From NCBI GenBank assembly GCA_965652295.1, contig CBFGTS010000001.1, forward strand, positions 320,001-384,000: a stretch of 64,000 bases of DNA, read 5' to 3'. Source of the DNA: an uncultured Haloferula sp. (GTDB lineage Bacteria > Verrucomicrobiota > Verrucomicrobiia > Verrucomicrobiales > Akkermansiaceae). The notes below the pieces were generated by a model. That model did no database searches. It had not been told where the DNA came from and worked only from the letters and a program-made list of their open reading frames with translations. Below, in pieces: positions 49,526-58,504 of this stretch. The translations under genes and the position numbers were made by a program. The number at the start of each line of letters is the position of its first letter. Positions within the stretch are counted from its first letter, which is position 1.

Positions 49526-51682
49526 ATGCATCGAGGGTATCAGGTGGTTGCGGTCACTTCATTTGGACGATCACGATATACCGATCTACTCGCATCTATC
49601 ACTCGGAGTTGCTGGTTGATCGACCGGCACGAGCTGTGGATGAACACGGAGGATGCGGACGACCTTGCGGCGGCGGATCGGTATTGTGCGGAACATCCCG
49701 ATTTTTTTGTCAAGGTGGAGAGCTCTATGCCCTACGGCAACGGGATGGGGGGCGCGCGACTCGCCTCGTTCTGGCGGCTGTTGGAGGACGATCCGAAGAC
49801 GATTTACCTGCGCTTCGACGACGACATCGTCTGGATGGCGGATGATGCGGTGCAGCGCTTGTTGGATTTCCGGATCGATCATCCTGACTTCTTCCTGGTG
49901 TTTGCCAATACGCTGAACAATTCGCTTTGCTCCCACCTCCATCAGCGGCTCGGAGCTCTGCCGCCAGCTCCATTTCTCGAATACACCTGCTGCGGCGAAC
50001 GCTCTTGGCGACGGTGGGAGACGGCGGATGAGGTGCATCGGCGGTTTTTCGAGGCGATGGAGTGTGGCCAATTGGACCGGTTCAAGTTTCCGGCTTGGGA
50101 GCTGGTCGGCTACGAGCGCTTTTCGATCAACTGCATGGCCTGGTTCGGAGCGGATAATAGAGCGATTCGTGACCGCATGACCGATAGCGAGGAGATCTGT
50201 TTGACGGAGCAGATCCCGAGGCAGTTGGGGCGACGGAACGTCATCGTTGGGGATGCGCTGGTTTCCCATTTCGCCTATTATCCCCAACGGGAGGCATTGG
50301 AGGCGAACACGGGTTGGTTGTCGCGCTATTGGGATCTGGCTCGATCGAAAGGGATCATTGCCAGGGATGGACAACCGCGTGAGGTCGTAACGAAGACCCC
50401 TCAGATCCCGGTCCGGGAACGATTCCTCATTCTTACCCGCCGGAGCGGCAGCGCCGCGGAGCGCTTGGTCAGAGTCTTGAAACCGCTGGGAAAGGTGGAG
50501 GTGGTGGTGGATGAACTCCCGGCGGTGGAAGAGCTTCCTGCCAATCAGGTCTGGATTGCGGCCGAGGACGTGGAGGCGTTTGTCGGAGCGACAACTCCGG
50601 CGCTTCCCAGGACGACGGCTTGGGAGCGGGCACTTGCCCATCTTGAGCGGAGTTTTAATCCAAAAGAGGCGGTCTGGTTCGTGGAAGATGATGTGGCGGG
50701 TGAGGCGGAAGTATTCGCCCGCTTGGTGGCTGCTACTCGAAGACTGAATCCCGGGCTGGCGGCCACCGACGTGGTTTCCAAAGGTGAAGAGCCGGGATGG
50801 CACTGGTGGGAGCTTCTGAGGGAAGAGGACGGGATCTCAGAACCATGGAGGGCGTTTCTGCCTCTGTGTCGGCTGCGGCCTGAGCTGGTAAGAGAGGTGC
50901 TGAATTTTCGGAAAGCGCGGGGACGCATGCTACTGCACGAGATCTTGTTCGCCTCGCTTGCCAAAAGTTCGGGGATGTGGTGCCTCGACTGGAAGGTGCA
51001 TCCGGGGACTGCCCAGCATTTTGGGGCATTCCGATTTCGCCCTGAGGTGGATCGGTGGGTGCGTGGCATCTCCCACCCGGTGAAGGATCAGGACGTTCAT
51101 TGCGCCGTGTGTGAGGGAGGTTTGGATCCTTACCTTCGGATCGGAAGGGCGAATCTCGAAGGGTGGTCCATCCTTGCTGATGATTACCGGTTCCTCGTGA
51201 GCTACTGCCGTGAGAATGGGATCAAGCGGGTCGTCGAATTTGGCCCGGGAGACTCGACCTTGGCATTCCTCGACGCCGGATGTGAGATCCTATCATTCGA
51301 GCATAGCCAAGAATGGCTGCATAAGGTGGCGGCGCGTTTTTCCGGGGAGCTTCGTTTGGAGCTGGACTATTGCCCCGAAGATGCAGTTCCGGACCGGGCA
51401 ACATTGGGCTTTCAACCGGATCTGGTTTTTGTGGACGGTCCGCCGCTCCGAGAGGGACAAACGATGTCCCGGCTGGGGCCATGCGAGTGGGCGCTTGAGC
51501 AGTATGGGCGATTTCTTCTGCACGATGCAAAGCGCCCTGCGGAGCAGGCGACCTTGGCTGAGATGGAGAGGCGAGGAATGAGAGTGATCCGGATCGATAC
51601 CGAAAAGGGTCTGGCGCTTGTTGAGGCAGATCCGGCCGATGGGAGAGGGCTCCGCGGCAGGGATCGGGAGGCCTCGGGCTGA
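49526..51682 (+). CDS. Tri-domain protein: GT-A (GT2-like) + DUF3405-like + class I SAM methyltransferase
   Basis: IYLRFDDDIVW; VWFVEDDV..EPGWHWW; VVEFGPGDST..SFEHS..DLVFVDGP..LHDAKR. Confidence 0.78.
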   Translation: MHRGYQVVAVTSFGRSRYTDLLASITRSCWLIDRHELWMNTEDADDLAAADRYCAEHPDFFVKVESSMPYGNGMGGARLASFWRLLEDDPKTIYLRFDDDIVWMADDAVQRLLDFRIDHPDFFLVFANTLNNSLCSHLHQRLGALPPAPFLEYTCCGERSWRRWETADEVHRRFFEAMECGQLDRFKFPAWELVGYERFSINCMAWFGADNRAIRDRMTDSEEICLTEQIPRQLGRRNVIVGDALVSHFAYYPQREALEANTGWLSRYWDLARSKGIIARDGQPREVVTKTPQIPVRERFLILTRRSGSAAERLVRVLKPLGKVEVVVDELPAVEELPANQVWIAAEDVEAFVGATTPALPRTTAWERALAHLERSFNPKEAVWFVEDDVAGEAEVFARLVAATRRLNPGLAATDVVSKGEEPGWHWWELLREEDGISEPWRAFLPLCRLRPELVREVLNFRKARGRMLLHEILFASLAKSSGMWCLDWKVHPGTAQHFGAFRFRPEVDRWVRGISHPVKDQDVHCAVCEGGLDPYLRIGRANLEGWSILADDYRFLVSYCRENGIKRVVEFGPGDSTLAFLDAGCEILSFEHSQEWLHKVAARFSGELRLELDYCPEDAVPDRATLGFQPDLVFVDGPPLREGQTMSRLGPCEWALEQYGRFLLHDAKRPAEQATLAEMERRGMRVIRIDTEKGLALVEADPADGRGLRGRDREASG

Positions 51683-51686
51683 GCGC

Positions 51687-51707
51687 ATCCCCCTGAAGGG
51701 GGACTAC
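51687..51707 (-). repeat. Single GTAG-type REP-like palindrome
   Basis: Minus strand GTAGTCCCCCTTCAGGGGGAT between convergent genes. Confidence 0.5.
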
Positions 51708-51732
51708 GTACAGAGGCGGCGGGCTTGTGAGG

Positions 51733-52752
51733 TCATTCGAGGATCAGATCCGCGACGACGAAGCGATGGTCCGAGTGGCGGGTGGTCACGGCGCGGCAGC
51801 CGATGGGCCTGAAGTGGCGGGTGGCGTGGATCTGGTCGATGCGAAGGACCGGGATGCGGCGCTGATAGGTGTTGCCCCAGCCGGTGCCGGCTTCGGCGAA
51901 TGCATCCTGGAAGTCCCGCGCCATCAGGCGGTGGATGGGATCGGTGGGCGGGGCGTTGAAGTCGCCGCCGAGGATGACCGGCTGCGCGCCGGGGAAATCA
52001 CAGGTTTCCTCCAGGATGCGGAGGGCGACGGATGCTTCGAAGTGGCGCTTGCGGCGGTTCTCACGATGGATGCGCCAGCAGGAGGGACGCCAGAGGCTGA
52101 GGTCGGTGGCGGCGGAGGAAAGGTGGAGGTTGGCGACTTCGATCGTCCGGCCATCGGGCAGGCGGACGGTGACGTTGTGATTGAAGAAACGGAACTTGAG
52201 GTTGGGGTTCCGGACCTCGCGGATGATCGGCCAGCGGCTGGCGATGCCATTGAGCGCGTAGCTGCGGTAGTGGGAGTCGGCCCCGAAGATGGTGTCGGAG
52301 ATGTGCTTCACCCGGACGGCATCGATTTCCTGGAGCAGGAGGATGTCCGGCTGCCAGACGGCGAGATCGGCGGTGGGATCGCCGTATCTGAAATAGGCGG
52401 TGTTGAGGGTGGCGATGCGGATCGGTTTGACGCCATTGAGGGCGGCGGCGGGACCCGGTTCCGGCGTGCGGGCCCCGAAGTGACCGATGACGCGGGCTTC
52501 GTCCGCGCCGAGGAAAAGGGTGAGCGCCCAGATGGTGGTGACGACCAGCGAGAGGGGGGCGCGGAGGGCGAGGAAAGCGAGCGAGGAGGCGAACAGCCCG
52601 AACCCGCCCCAGACCCAGATGGGCATCACGGTGAACGCCGCCAGCACCGAAGGCTGGCGGTAGTAGGCGAAGACGGTGATGAAATGGAGCGCCAGCGAGA
52701 GGCCGATGAGGATCCAGCCGACTCGGCGCACGGTGCGGGTGGAGCGAGGCAT
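51733..52752 (-). CDS. Membrane-anchored endonuclease/exonuclease/phosphatase family protein
   Basis: N-terminal TMs; ATLN, LLLQE, NLHL, GGDFN, RIDQI, SDHRFV. Confidence 0.88.
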   Translation of the reverse strand: MPRSTRTVRRVGWILIGLSLALHFITVFAYYRQPSVLAAFTVMPIWVWGGFGLFASSLAFLALRAPLSLVVTTIWALTLFLGADEARVIGHFGARTPEPGPAAALNGVKPIRIATLNTAYFRYGDPTADLAVWQPDILLLQEIDAVRVKHISDTIFGADSHYRSYALNGIASRWPIIREVRNPNLKFRFFNHNVTVRLPDGRTIEVANLHLSSAATDLSLWRPSCWRIHRENRRKRHFEASVALRILEETCDFPGAQPVILGGDFNAPPTDPIHRLMARDFQDAFAEAGTGWGNTYQRRIPVLRIDQIHATRHFRPIGCRAVTTRHSDHRFVVADLILE

Positions 52753-52807
52753 GGATCCTGGGGCTGGCGGGTGAACTGGGCTTGGCGGATGAAATCCGCC
52801 GCCACGA

Positions 52808-53113
52808 TCAAAGCCCGGGGATGCCAAGCCCGCCGGTGAGCTTCTTCATCTCGGTAGCGGTGGCTTCCTTACCTTTGGCGATGGCTTCCTGGACGCCCTT
52901 GAGAACGAGGTCCTGGAGAAACTCGACGTCGCCGGGATCGACCACGGCGGGATCGATGGTGATGGCGGTGACGTCGCCGGCACCGGTGGCGGTCACGGTG
53001 ACTTTATCGCCGCCGACGGAGGCGGTGAACTCCATGGCAGCGAGTTCTTCCTGCTTGGCGAGCATGCCGGCCTGCATCTGCTGGGCCTGCTTCATCATTT
53101 TGGCGAGGTTCAT
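52808..53113 (-). CDS. ybaB: YbaB/EbfC nucleoid-associated protein
   Basis: MMKQAQQMQ, GGDKVTVT, D.EFLQDLV; downstream of dnaX. Confidence 0.93.
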   Translation of the reverse strand: MNLAKMMKQAQQMQAGMLAKQEELAAMEFTASVGGDKVTVTATGAGDVTAITIDPAVVDPGDVEFLQDLVLKGVQEAIAKGKEATATEMKKLTGGLGIPGL

Positions 53114-53114
53114 G

Positions 53115-53142
53115 GATTTGCGATTTAAGATTGGAGATTTTG
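53115..53142. repeat. Degenerate heptamer tandem repeat (GATTNNN x4)
   Basis: GATTTGC GATTTAA GATTGGA GATTTTG. Confidence 0.65.
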
Positions 53143-53149
53143 GGAAGGA

Positions 53150-54631
53150 TCAGCGGATTTTGGCTTCGAAGATCTCGAGGGCTTTCTGGATGAGCGGGTC
53201 TTGGTAGAACTCGTCCTCTGCGGGTGGCGCGGCGGGCTCGGGGGCCGGGGTGGCGGATGGAGCCGGTGCGGCGACGGGTGTCGGAGCAGGCTCGGGCTGC
53301 GGCGGTGCCTCGGGGGCCTCGGCTTCCAGAGCGTCCAGCGAGGCGTCGAGGTCGTCGAAGCTCTTAACGGCTACGGGTGCCGTTTTTTTTTCCGCGGGAG
53401 GCTCGGGCGTCGGAGCGGGAGCGGGTGCAGGCTCGGCGGGAGCCGGCGTGGAGGAAACCGGCGGCGTTTGGGAAACGGCGGGCGCTTCCGGCATTTGGTC
53501 GGCAACGCCGGCGAGGACTTTGATGAGGTCGTTGATGCGGACTTCACCGAGGACTTGGACGACTTTGATGAGGCCGAGTTCGAGGTGCATCCGCTTGTTG
53601 GTGGCCCAGCGCATGCGGCCTTCGGTTTCGGCGAAGCTGTCGATGATCGCCAGCAACCGGTCGGGCGGGTGGGCGGAGGCGGTCTCCACGAGGGCTTTCC
53701 AGATTTCCTCCGGGATGCCCTCGCCGCTGGCGGTGGGATCGATGCGGGCGACGAGCAAGGCGCGCAGGCCGCCGATGAGTTCGCCGAGCAGCTGGGAAAG
53801 CTCGCGGCCGGCATCGGCCTCGCGCTGGACGATGGAAAGGGCGCGGGCGCTGTCCTTTTCGAGCAGCGCGGTGGCGAGGGCGGCGACGGTTTCACGCGAG
53901 GTGAAGCCGAAGACGTCGAGCACGTTGGCCTCGGTGATCGTTTCGCCGCAGAAGGCGACGAGCTGGTCGAGCATCGACTGCGCGTCGCGCATGCCGCCAT
54001 CGGCACCTTTGGCGATGGCCCAGGCGGCGGCTTCATCGAGCTTCACGCCTTCGTTCGAGGCGATGTAGAGGAGGTGCCGCGCGATGATGTCGGCGGGGAT
54101 CGGGCGGAGGTCGAAGCGTTGGCAGCGGGACAGGATGGTGGCGAGGATCTTGTGGGGCTCGGTGGTGGCGAAGATGAACTTCACGTGTTCCGGCGGCTCT
54201 TCGAGGGTCTTCAACAGGGCGTTGAAGGCCGAGTTCGAGAGCATGTGGACCTCGTCGATGTAGTAGATCTTGAACTGGCCGCTGGACGGGGCGTAGCGGA
54301 CGGTTTCGCGCAGCGAGCGGACTTCTTCGACGCCGTTGTTCGAGGCACCGTCGATTTCGAGCACGTCGAGCGACCGGCCTTCGGCGATTTCCTGGCAAAT
54401 GGTGTCGTCCGGATCGAAGTCGGCCTTGGGGCCGCCGGGGCAGTTGAGGGCCTTGGCGAGGATGCGCGCGGTGGTGGTCTTGCCGGTGCCGCGCGGGCCG
54501 ACGAAGAGGTAGGCGTGGGCGAGACGGTTCTGGGCGATGGCGTTTTTCAGCGTCCGCACGACGTGATCCTGGCCGAGGATGTCGTCGAAGGTGCGGGGCC
54601 GGTATTTCCGGGCGAAGACCTGATAGCTCAC
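53150..54631 (-). CDS. dnaX: DNA polymerase III subunit gamma/tau
   Basis: GTG start; SYQVFARKYRP, GPRGTGKTT, EIDGASN, IDEVHML, LLKTLEEPP, SRCQ. Confidence 0.96.
   Translation of the reverse strand: MSYQVFARKYRPRTFDDILGQDHVVRTLKNAIAQNRLAHAYLFVGPRGTGKTTTARILAKALNCPGGPKADFDPDDTICQEIAEGRSLDVLEIDGASNNGVEEVRSLRETVRYAPSSGQFKIYYIDEVHMLSNSAFNALLKTLEEPPEHVKFIFATTEPHKILATILSRCQRFDLRPIPADIIARHLLYIASNEGVKLDEAAAWAIAKGADGGMRDAQSMLDQLVAFCGETITEANVLDVFGFTSRETVAALATALLEKDSARALSIVQREADAGRELSQLLGELIGGLRALLVARIDPTASGEGIPEEIWKALVETASAHPPDRLLAIIDSFAETEGRMRWATNKRMHLELGLIKVVQVLGEVRINDLIKVLAGVADQMPEAPAVSQTPPVSSTPAPAEPAPAPAPTPEPPAEKKTAPVAVKSFDDLDASLDALEAEAPEAPPQPEPAPTPVAAPAPSATPAPEPAAPPAEDEFYQDPLIQKALEIFEAKIR
53364..53391 (-). 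other. Putative dnaX programmed slippage site (A9 plus stops in both shifted frames)
   Basis: Coding strand GAA AAA AAA ACG GCA CCC GTA GCC GTT AAG; TAG at 53371-53373 and TAA at 53364-53366 lie in the two alternative frames. Confidence 0.7.
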
Positions 54632-54739
54632 GGCCGGGAGTCTAGGAGCGGATTCAGGGGGAGGAAAATGGGATAATTGGGGAAATCCGACGAGCGATCG
54701 CGCTGGCCCGTCCCGGCGGGGGTGGTAGGGTGCCGGGGC

Positions 54740-56245
54740 ATGACGGAACGGGATCCGAATCACATCGAGGGCGTGGGCTCGCGGCAGCCGGGGGCGACGA
54801 AAAAGCGGGGTTTCCCGTGGGTCCGGATGTCGATCTTCGTCCTCGCGGTGGCCGCCGCCGCGCTGCCCTTCACCGAGCAGGGAAGGGGTCTGCTGGGCGC
54901 GGTGAAACGGAAGCTGGACGGGCGGATCGAGACCCGGAACGCCGAGGATCAGGATGTTTTCCGCCAGGCGGAGGCGCGGCTGCGGGAGCAGTATGAAGCC
55001 GATCTCGAGGCCCTGCGCGATCAGGCCAAGGCGGCCGAGGAAGCGGCGCGGAAGGCGGCGGAAAGGCCCACGGAAACCGTGCTGCCGCCGATCAATGAAC
55101 ACACGGCGCAGAGCGGCGGTGACGTGCGGAAACTGCGTTCGGAAATCACGCTCAAGACCGAAGTGGAGATCGCGCCTGGGACGCTGGCCTCGATCGAGCG
55201 CAAGGACGACGACGCCTACGTGGCGACCTACAAGCTGAGCGTGCGGGTGCCGGAGCCATCGAAATCGCTCGCCGATCTGGAAAAGGTGAGCCCCGGGCTC
55301 GGCGAAATGCTGCCCGGGATGACGAAGCTGCTGGAGAAGCCGCAGGTTTCCCGCTGGTTCTACAAGCTCTACGAAAACAAGACCGACCGGTTGCGGCGCG
55401 ATGCCACCCAACTCAACCAGCTGCTCACCCGGCATAATTTCTACGATTGCGAGACGATTCTGAACCTCCGTCACCCCGAAACCGGCCGGCGGGTTTTCCT
55501 GATGCAGGCGGAAATGGATGTGGTGTCGGATGGCTCGGATGGTGACCGGCTGGCGACGATGCCGGATGAGATCGTCAACTCCACCCACTACCAGCCCTTC
55601 ACCAGTTATGGTTGGAAGAAGCGCACGGATATCCCGAACCCGATGGTGGCCGGTTGGAAGAAACGTATCGGCAACGCGGATCGCGAGTTGGCGGATCCCA
55701 ACACGACGGCCGCCCGCAAGGCATGGTTGCGCGACCGGAAGGCCTATCTCAAGCGCGGCATCGAAGACATGACTTATCGCAGCTTCCTGATTGCGGAATA
55801 CGATCCCTTCATTGTCATCCCTGTGAACCTGCTCACGGCGAGCGGTGATCCTTTCGCACCGAAGGTGGGCGACTACGCCGTGGTCGCGCATGAGGGCGTG
55901 CTTTATCCGGCGATCGTCGGCGATGGCGGCCCGACCTTCAAAGTCGGCGAGGCCTCGCTACGCATGGCGCGGCAGATCAACCCGCGCTCATCGCCCTATT
56001 CGCGGCCGGTTTCCGATCTGACGGTGACCTACGTCGTTTTCCCCGGCAGCCGGGACAAGGAGAGGAATCCACCCGACTACGACAAGTGGCGTACCCGCTG
56101 TGGTGAGCTGATCGGGGAAATCGGTGGCCTCGGTGAAGGTGCTAAACTGTTCGAGTGGGAAGACAAACTGCCGAAGCCGAAACCGGCCGAGGCTCTCGAA
56201 CCTGAGCCGGCAGGGCCGCAGGCACCTTCATCGACGGCGGAATAG
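54740..56245 (+). CDS. Glycoside hydrolase family 75 (chitosanase-like) protein with N-terminal anchor
   Basis: [44 protein letters not shown]. Confidence 0.75.
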   Translation: MTERDPNHIEGVGSRQPGATKKRGFPWVRMSIFVLAVAAAALPFTEQGRGLLGAVKRKLDGRIETRNAEDQDVFRQAEARLREQYEADLEALRDQAKAAEEAARKAAERPTETVLPPINEHTAQSGGDVRKLRSEITLKTEVEIAPGTLASIERKDDDAYVATYKLSVRVPEPSKSLADLEKVSPGLGEMLPGMTKLLEKPQVSRWFYKLYENKTDRLRRDATQLNQLLTRHNFYDCETILNLRHPETGRRVFLMQAEMDVVSDGSDGDRLATMPDEIVNSTHYQPFTSYGWKKRTDIPNPMVAGWKKRIGNADRELADPNTTAARKAWLRDRKAYLKRGIEDMTYRSFLIAEYDPFIVIPVNLLTASGDPFAPKVGDYAVVAHEGVLYPAIVGDGGPTFKVGEASLRMARQINPRSSPYSRPVSDLTVTYVVFPGSRDKERNPPDYDKWRTRCGELIGEIGGLGEGAKLFEWEDKLPKPKPAEALEPEPAGPQAPSSTAE

Positions 56246-56348
56246 CAGGTTGCGGAGCATTGGCATTCCTGCCGATGGAACTTTGTGAGAAGCGGGATCG
56301 AGGGTCTGCCGGCCGAACGCCGCGGCCCCGAAGAAGCCCGCCCTTTCT

Positions 56349-57041
56349 TCACCCGATGAAGTCCCCCTCGACCCGCTTGTCGGGGATGCGGAGGTGCTTT
56401 TCGATCTGCTGTTCGATGAAGATCGCCTGGTCGGCCTGGCGGAGGTTTTTCAGGATCGTGCGGCGGTGGTTGCCGTTGAAGATGGCCTCGACCTCGTAGG
56501 TGGTACTGGGGCCGTTCTTGCCGTGCCTGATTTTCTCCCGGCAGAAGATCTGCGTGAGGCGGGTGGCGTCGAGCCGTTGGTTGCCGCGCCAGGGGATGGG
56601 GCCGTGGTGGATTTCGAGCTCGTTGCGGCCGGCGCGGATGGTGGTGGTGTTGAAAAAGGTGGCGGCGAGGAAATAGAGGATGCCGATGCCGATGGCGGTG
56701 TGCAGCAGCGCGAAGGCGGACATGAGCCACTGGCCCTGGGTGAGGGCGATGGTGTGCCAGACGATGAGGAAGCCGTTCCAGAAGACGGCGAAGAACAGGA
56801 GGATCCAGGCGCTGTGATCGAACCAGCGGCGGCGGATGACGAGTTCGCCGGCCTCCTCGGCCATGGTGAAGCGCGGGGGCAGCCCGACCTGGCCGCGAGG
56901 GATGGCTTGCGTGGTGGCGGCGGGCAGGGCGAAGAGCGAGTGGCAGTGACGGCAGCGCGCGGCGGCGATCTGCGGAGAGATGTCGGCGGGATCGAGGACC
57001 GAGCCGCAGTTGGTGCACTTGAGTTCGACGAGTTCGCTCAC
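56349..57041 (-). CDS. Zinc-ribbon membrane protein
   Basis: GTG overlaps the upstream stop; CTNC..CRHC, two TMs (FFAVFWNGF), PH-like C-terminus. Confidence 0.75.
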   Translation of the reverse strand: MSELVELKCTNCGSVLDPADISPQIAAARCRHCHSLFALPAATTQAIPRGQVGLPPRFTMAEEAGELVIRRRWFDHSAWILLFFAVFWNGFLIVWHTIALTQGQWLMSAFALLHTAIGIGILYFLAATFFNTTTIRAGRNELEIHHGPIPWRGNQRLDATRLTQIFCREKIRHGKNGPSTTYEVEAIFNGNHRRTILKNLRQADQAIFIEQQIEKHLRIPDKRVEGDFIG

Positions 57042-58501
57042 GGTTTTTTCGAAAGGGGAATGAGGATGCGGAAACCGAGGTTGTCGCGACGCAGCAGCAG
57101 GTCGGAGGTCCACTGGCGGGTCCATGCGCCGGAGCTGGAATCGATGAAGGAGCCGCCGATGATCACGTGGGCGGGCTGGCCGGCGGGATTGGCGGGGTTG
57201 ATGCCGGGCTCAAGCGTCCATTCGGCCACGGAGCCGGCCATGCCGCGGAGGCCGTTCGGAGTGGTATCGCGAGGACCGATGTCAGTGACCGGGCCCCAGT
57301 CGGCGGGCAGCAGGGTGGAGGGCGATTCGAGCGGCGCGAACCATTCTTCCTGCGTCGGCAGGCGGCCGCCGGCCCACCGGCAGTAGGCGGCGGCGTCGTA
57401 CCAATCGACGTTCACCACCGGGCAGTTCAGCGACATCGGACGGCCTTCCCAGGTGCGGCCGTCCTGCGCTGCGGAAAACATGGCGGTCCAGTCGCTGGGC
57501 TCGTGGTGCTCTTTTTCCGCCGGCTGCCCGGGGTGGTCGAAGACGTCGCGGTCTTCGGGTGGAAGCGCGGAGAGGACGTCGAGAAACCGATGATACTCGC
57601 CGATGGTCACCTCGCAGGCACCGAGCTGGTAGGCGGCGAGGTCGGTCTTGTCGCCGTCCGGCGTGAAATAGTTTCCCGCCCCGACCTCGATCGGTCCGGG
57701 CACCGAGGGCTCACTAGGAGCGGGCGGCGGGGTGTCGCGGTCTTTCTTCAGCAGACCGGCGAGGCCGAGGCCGGCGACGACGGCGAGACCGCCGAGCACG
57801 GCGGGCAGAAGGGCGGTTCTTTTCCGGACAGGACGGGTGGTGGCGGCGACGGGGGAGGACTCCAGAAGCTGGTTCTCGACCTGCTCGCTGTAGGTGCGGA
57901 CCTGCGCCCAGCCGATGGGCGCGTCAAGGCCCTCGCCGCGCATCCAGGCGAGGACTGTCTGCAGGCGGCCCGCGCCGGGTTGGCCATCGGCGACGATGGC
58001 GGGCAGGGTTTCGCCCAAACGCATGACATCCGAGATTTCGCGATCCGGCTCCGGTGCGCCGTCGCAGGCGATGTTTTCGAGGCGCACGGCACCGAGGCCA
58101 TCGATGTGGATGGCGGCGGGGGTGAGCGGCTCGGTGGCGATGCCTTCGAGCCGGAGCATGGCCTCGGCGGTGCGGCGCAACGCGTGGGCGAGGCGCAGCG
58201 GCGGCAGCTTGATGCGGTCCTGGAGGTGGGCGGCGAGGCTGGCGGAGGGGAGATGTTCGAGCGCCACGAAGCACTGTTCCTCGTCCGACACCGCCTCGTA
58301 GACCGAGGAGATGAGCGGATGGTTCACCGCGGCTTTGGCGCGCACCTGGGCGAGGAATTCGTCGCGGTATTCGAGCTCGGTGAGTTCGACGATCACGACG
58401 GTGCGGCCGACCGAGGTCTGCTCGGCGAGCCAGGTCGTCTGGCCGGGGTGGGTGGCGAGGGGCTCAAGCAGGCGGTAGTCGCCCAACTGACGGGTGTCCA
58501 T
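57038..58501 (-). CDS. Degenerate Ser/Thr kinase-like domain + TM + FGE-sulfatase (SUMF1) domain protein
   Basis: LGDYRLLE..LAEQTSVGRTV..HPLISSVYE; EVTIGEY, PVVNVDWYDAAAYCRW.GGRLPT.EEW, MAGSVAEW, LGFR. Confidence 0.82.
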   Translation of the reverse strand: MDTRQLGDYRLLEPLATHPGQTTWLAEQTSVGRTVVIVELTELEYRDEFLAQVRAKAAVNHPLISSVYEAVSDEEQCFVALEHLPSASLAAHLQDRIKLPPLRLAHALRRTAEAMLRLEGIATEPLTPAAIHIDGLGAVRLENIACDGAPEPDREISDVMRLGETLPAIVADGQPGAGRLQTVLAWMRGEGLDAPIGWAQVRTYSEQVENQLLESSPVAATTRPVRKRTALLPAVLGGLAVVAGLGLAGLLKKDRDTPPPAPSEPSVPGPIEVGAGNYFTPDGDKTDLAAYQLGACEVTIGEYHRFLDVLSALPPEDRDVFDHPGQPAEKEHHEPSDWTAMFSAAQDGRTWEGRPMSLNCPVVNVDWYDAAAYCRWAGGRLPTQEEWFAPLESPSTLLPADWGPVTDIGPRDTTPNGLRGMAGSVAEWTLEPGINPANPAGQPAHVIIGGSFIDSSSGAWTRQWTSDLLLRRDNLGFRILIPLSKKP

Positions 58502-58504
58502 GGA

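Noticed and set aside
39970..51733. att sites, integrase or tRNA at the island borders
   Set aside because: No flanking direct repeat, integrase or tRNA was seen by eye; no rRNA or tRNA was recognised anywhere in the window.
54632..55891. 420-aa N-terminal extension of dnaX in the ORF track
   Set aside because: It is antisense to the GH75 gene; the conserved DnaX start is the GTG at 54631.
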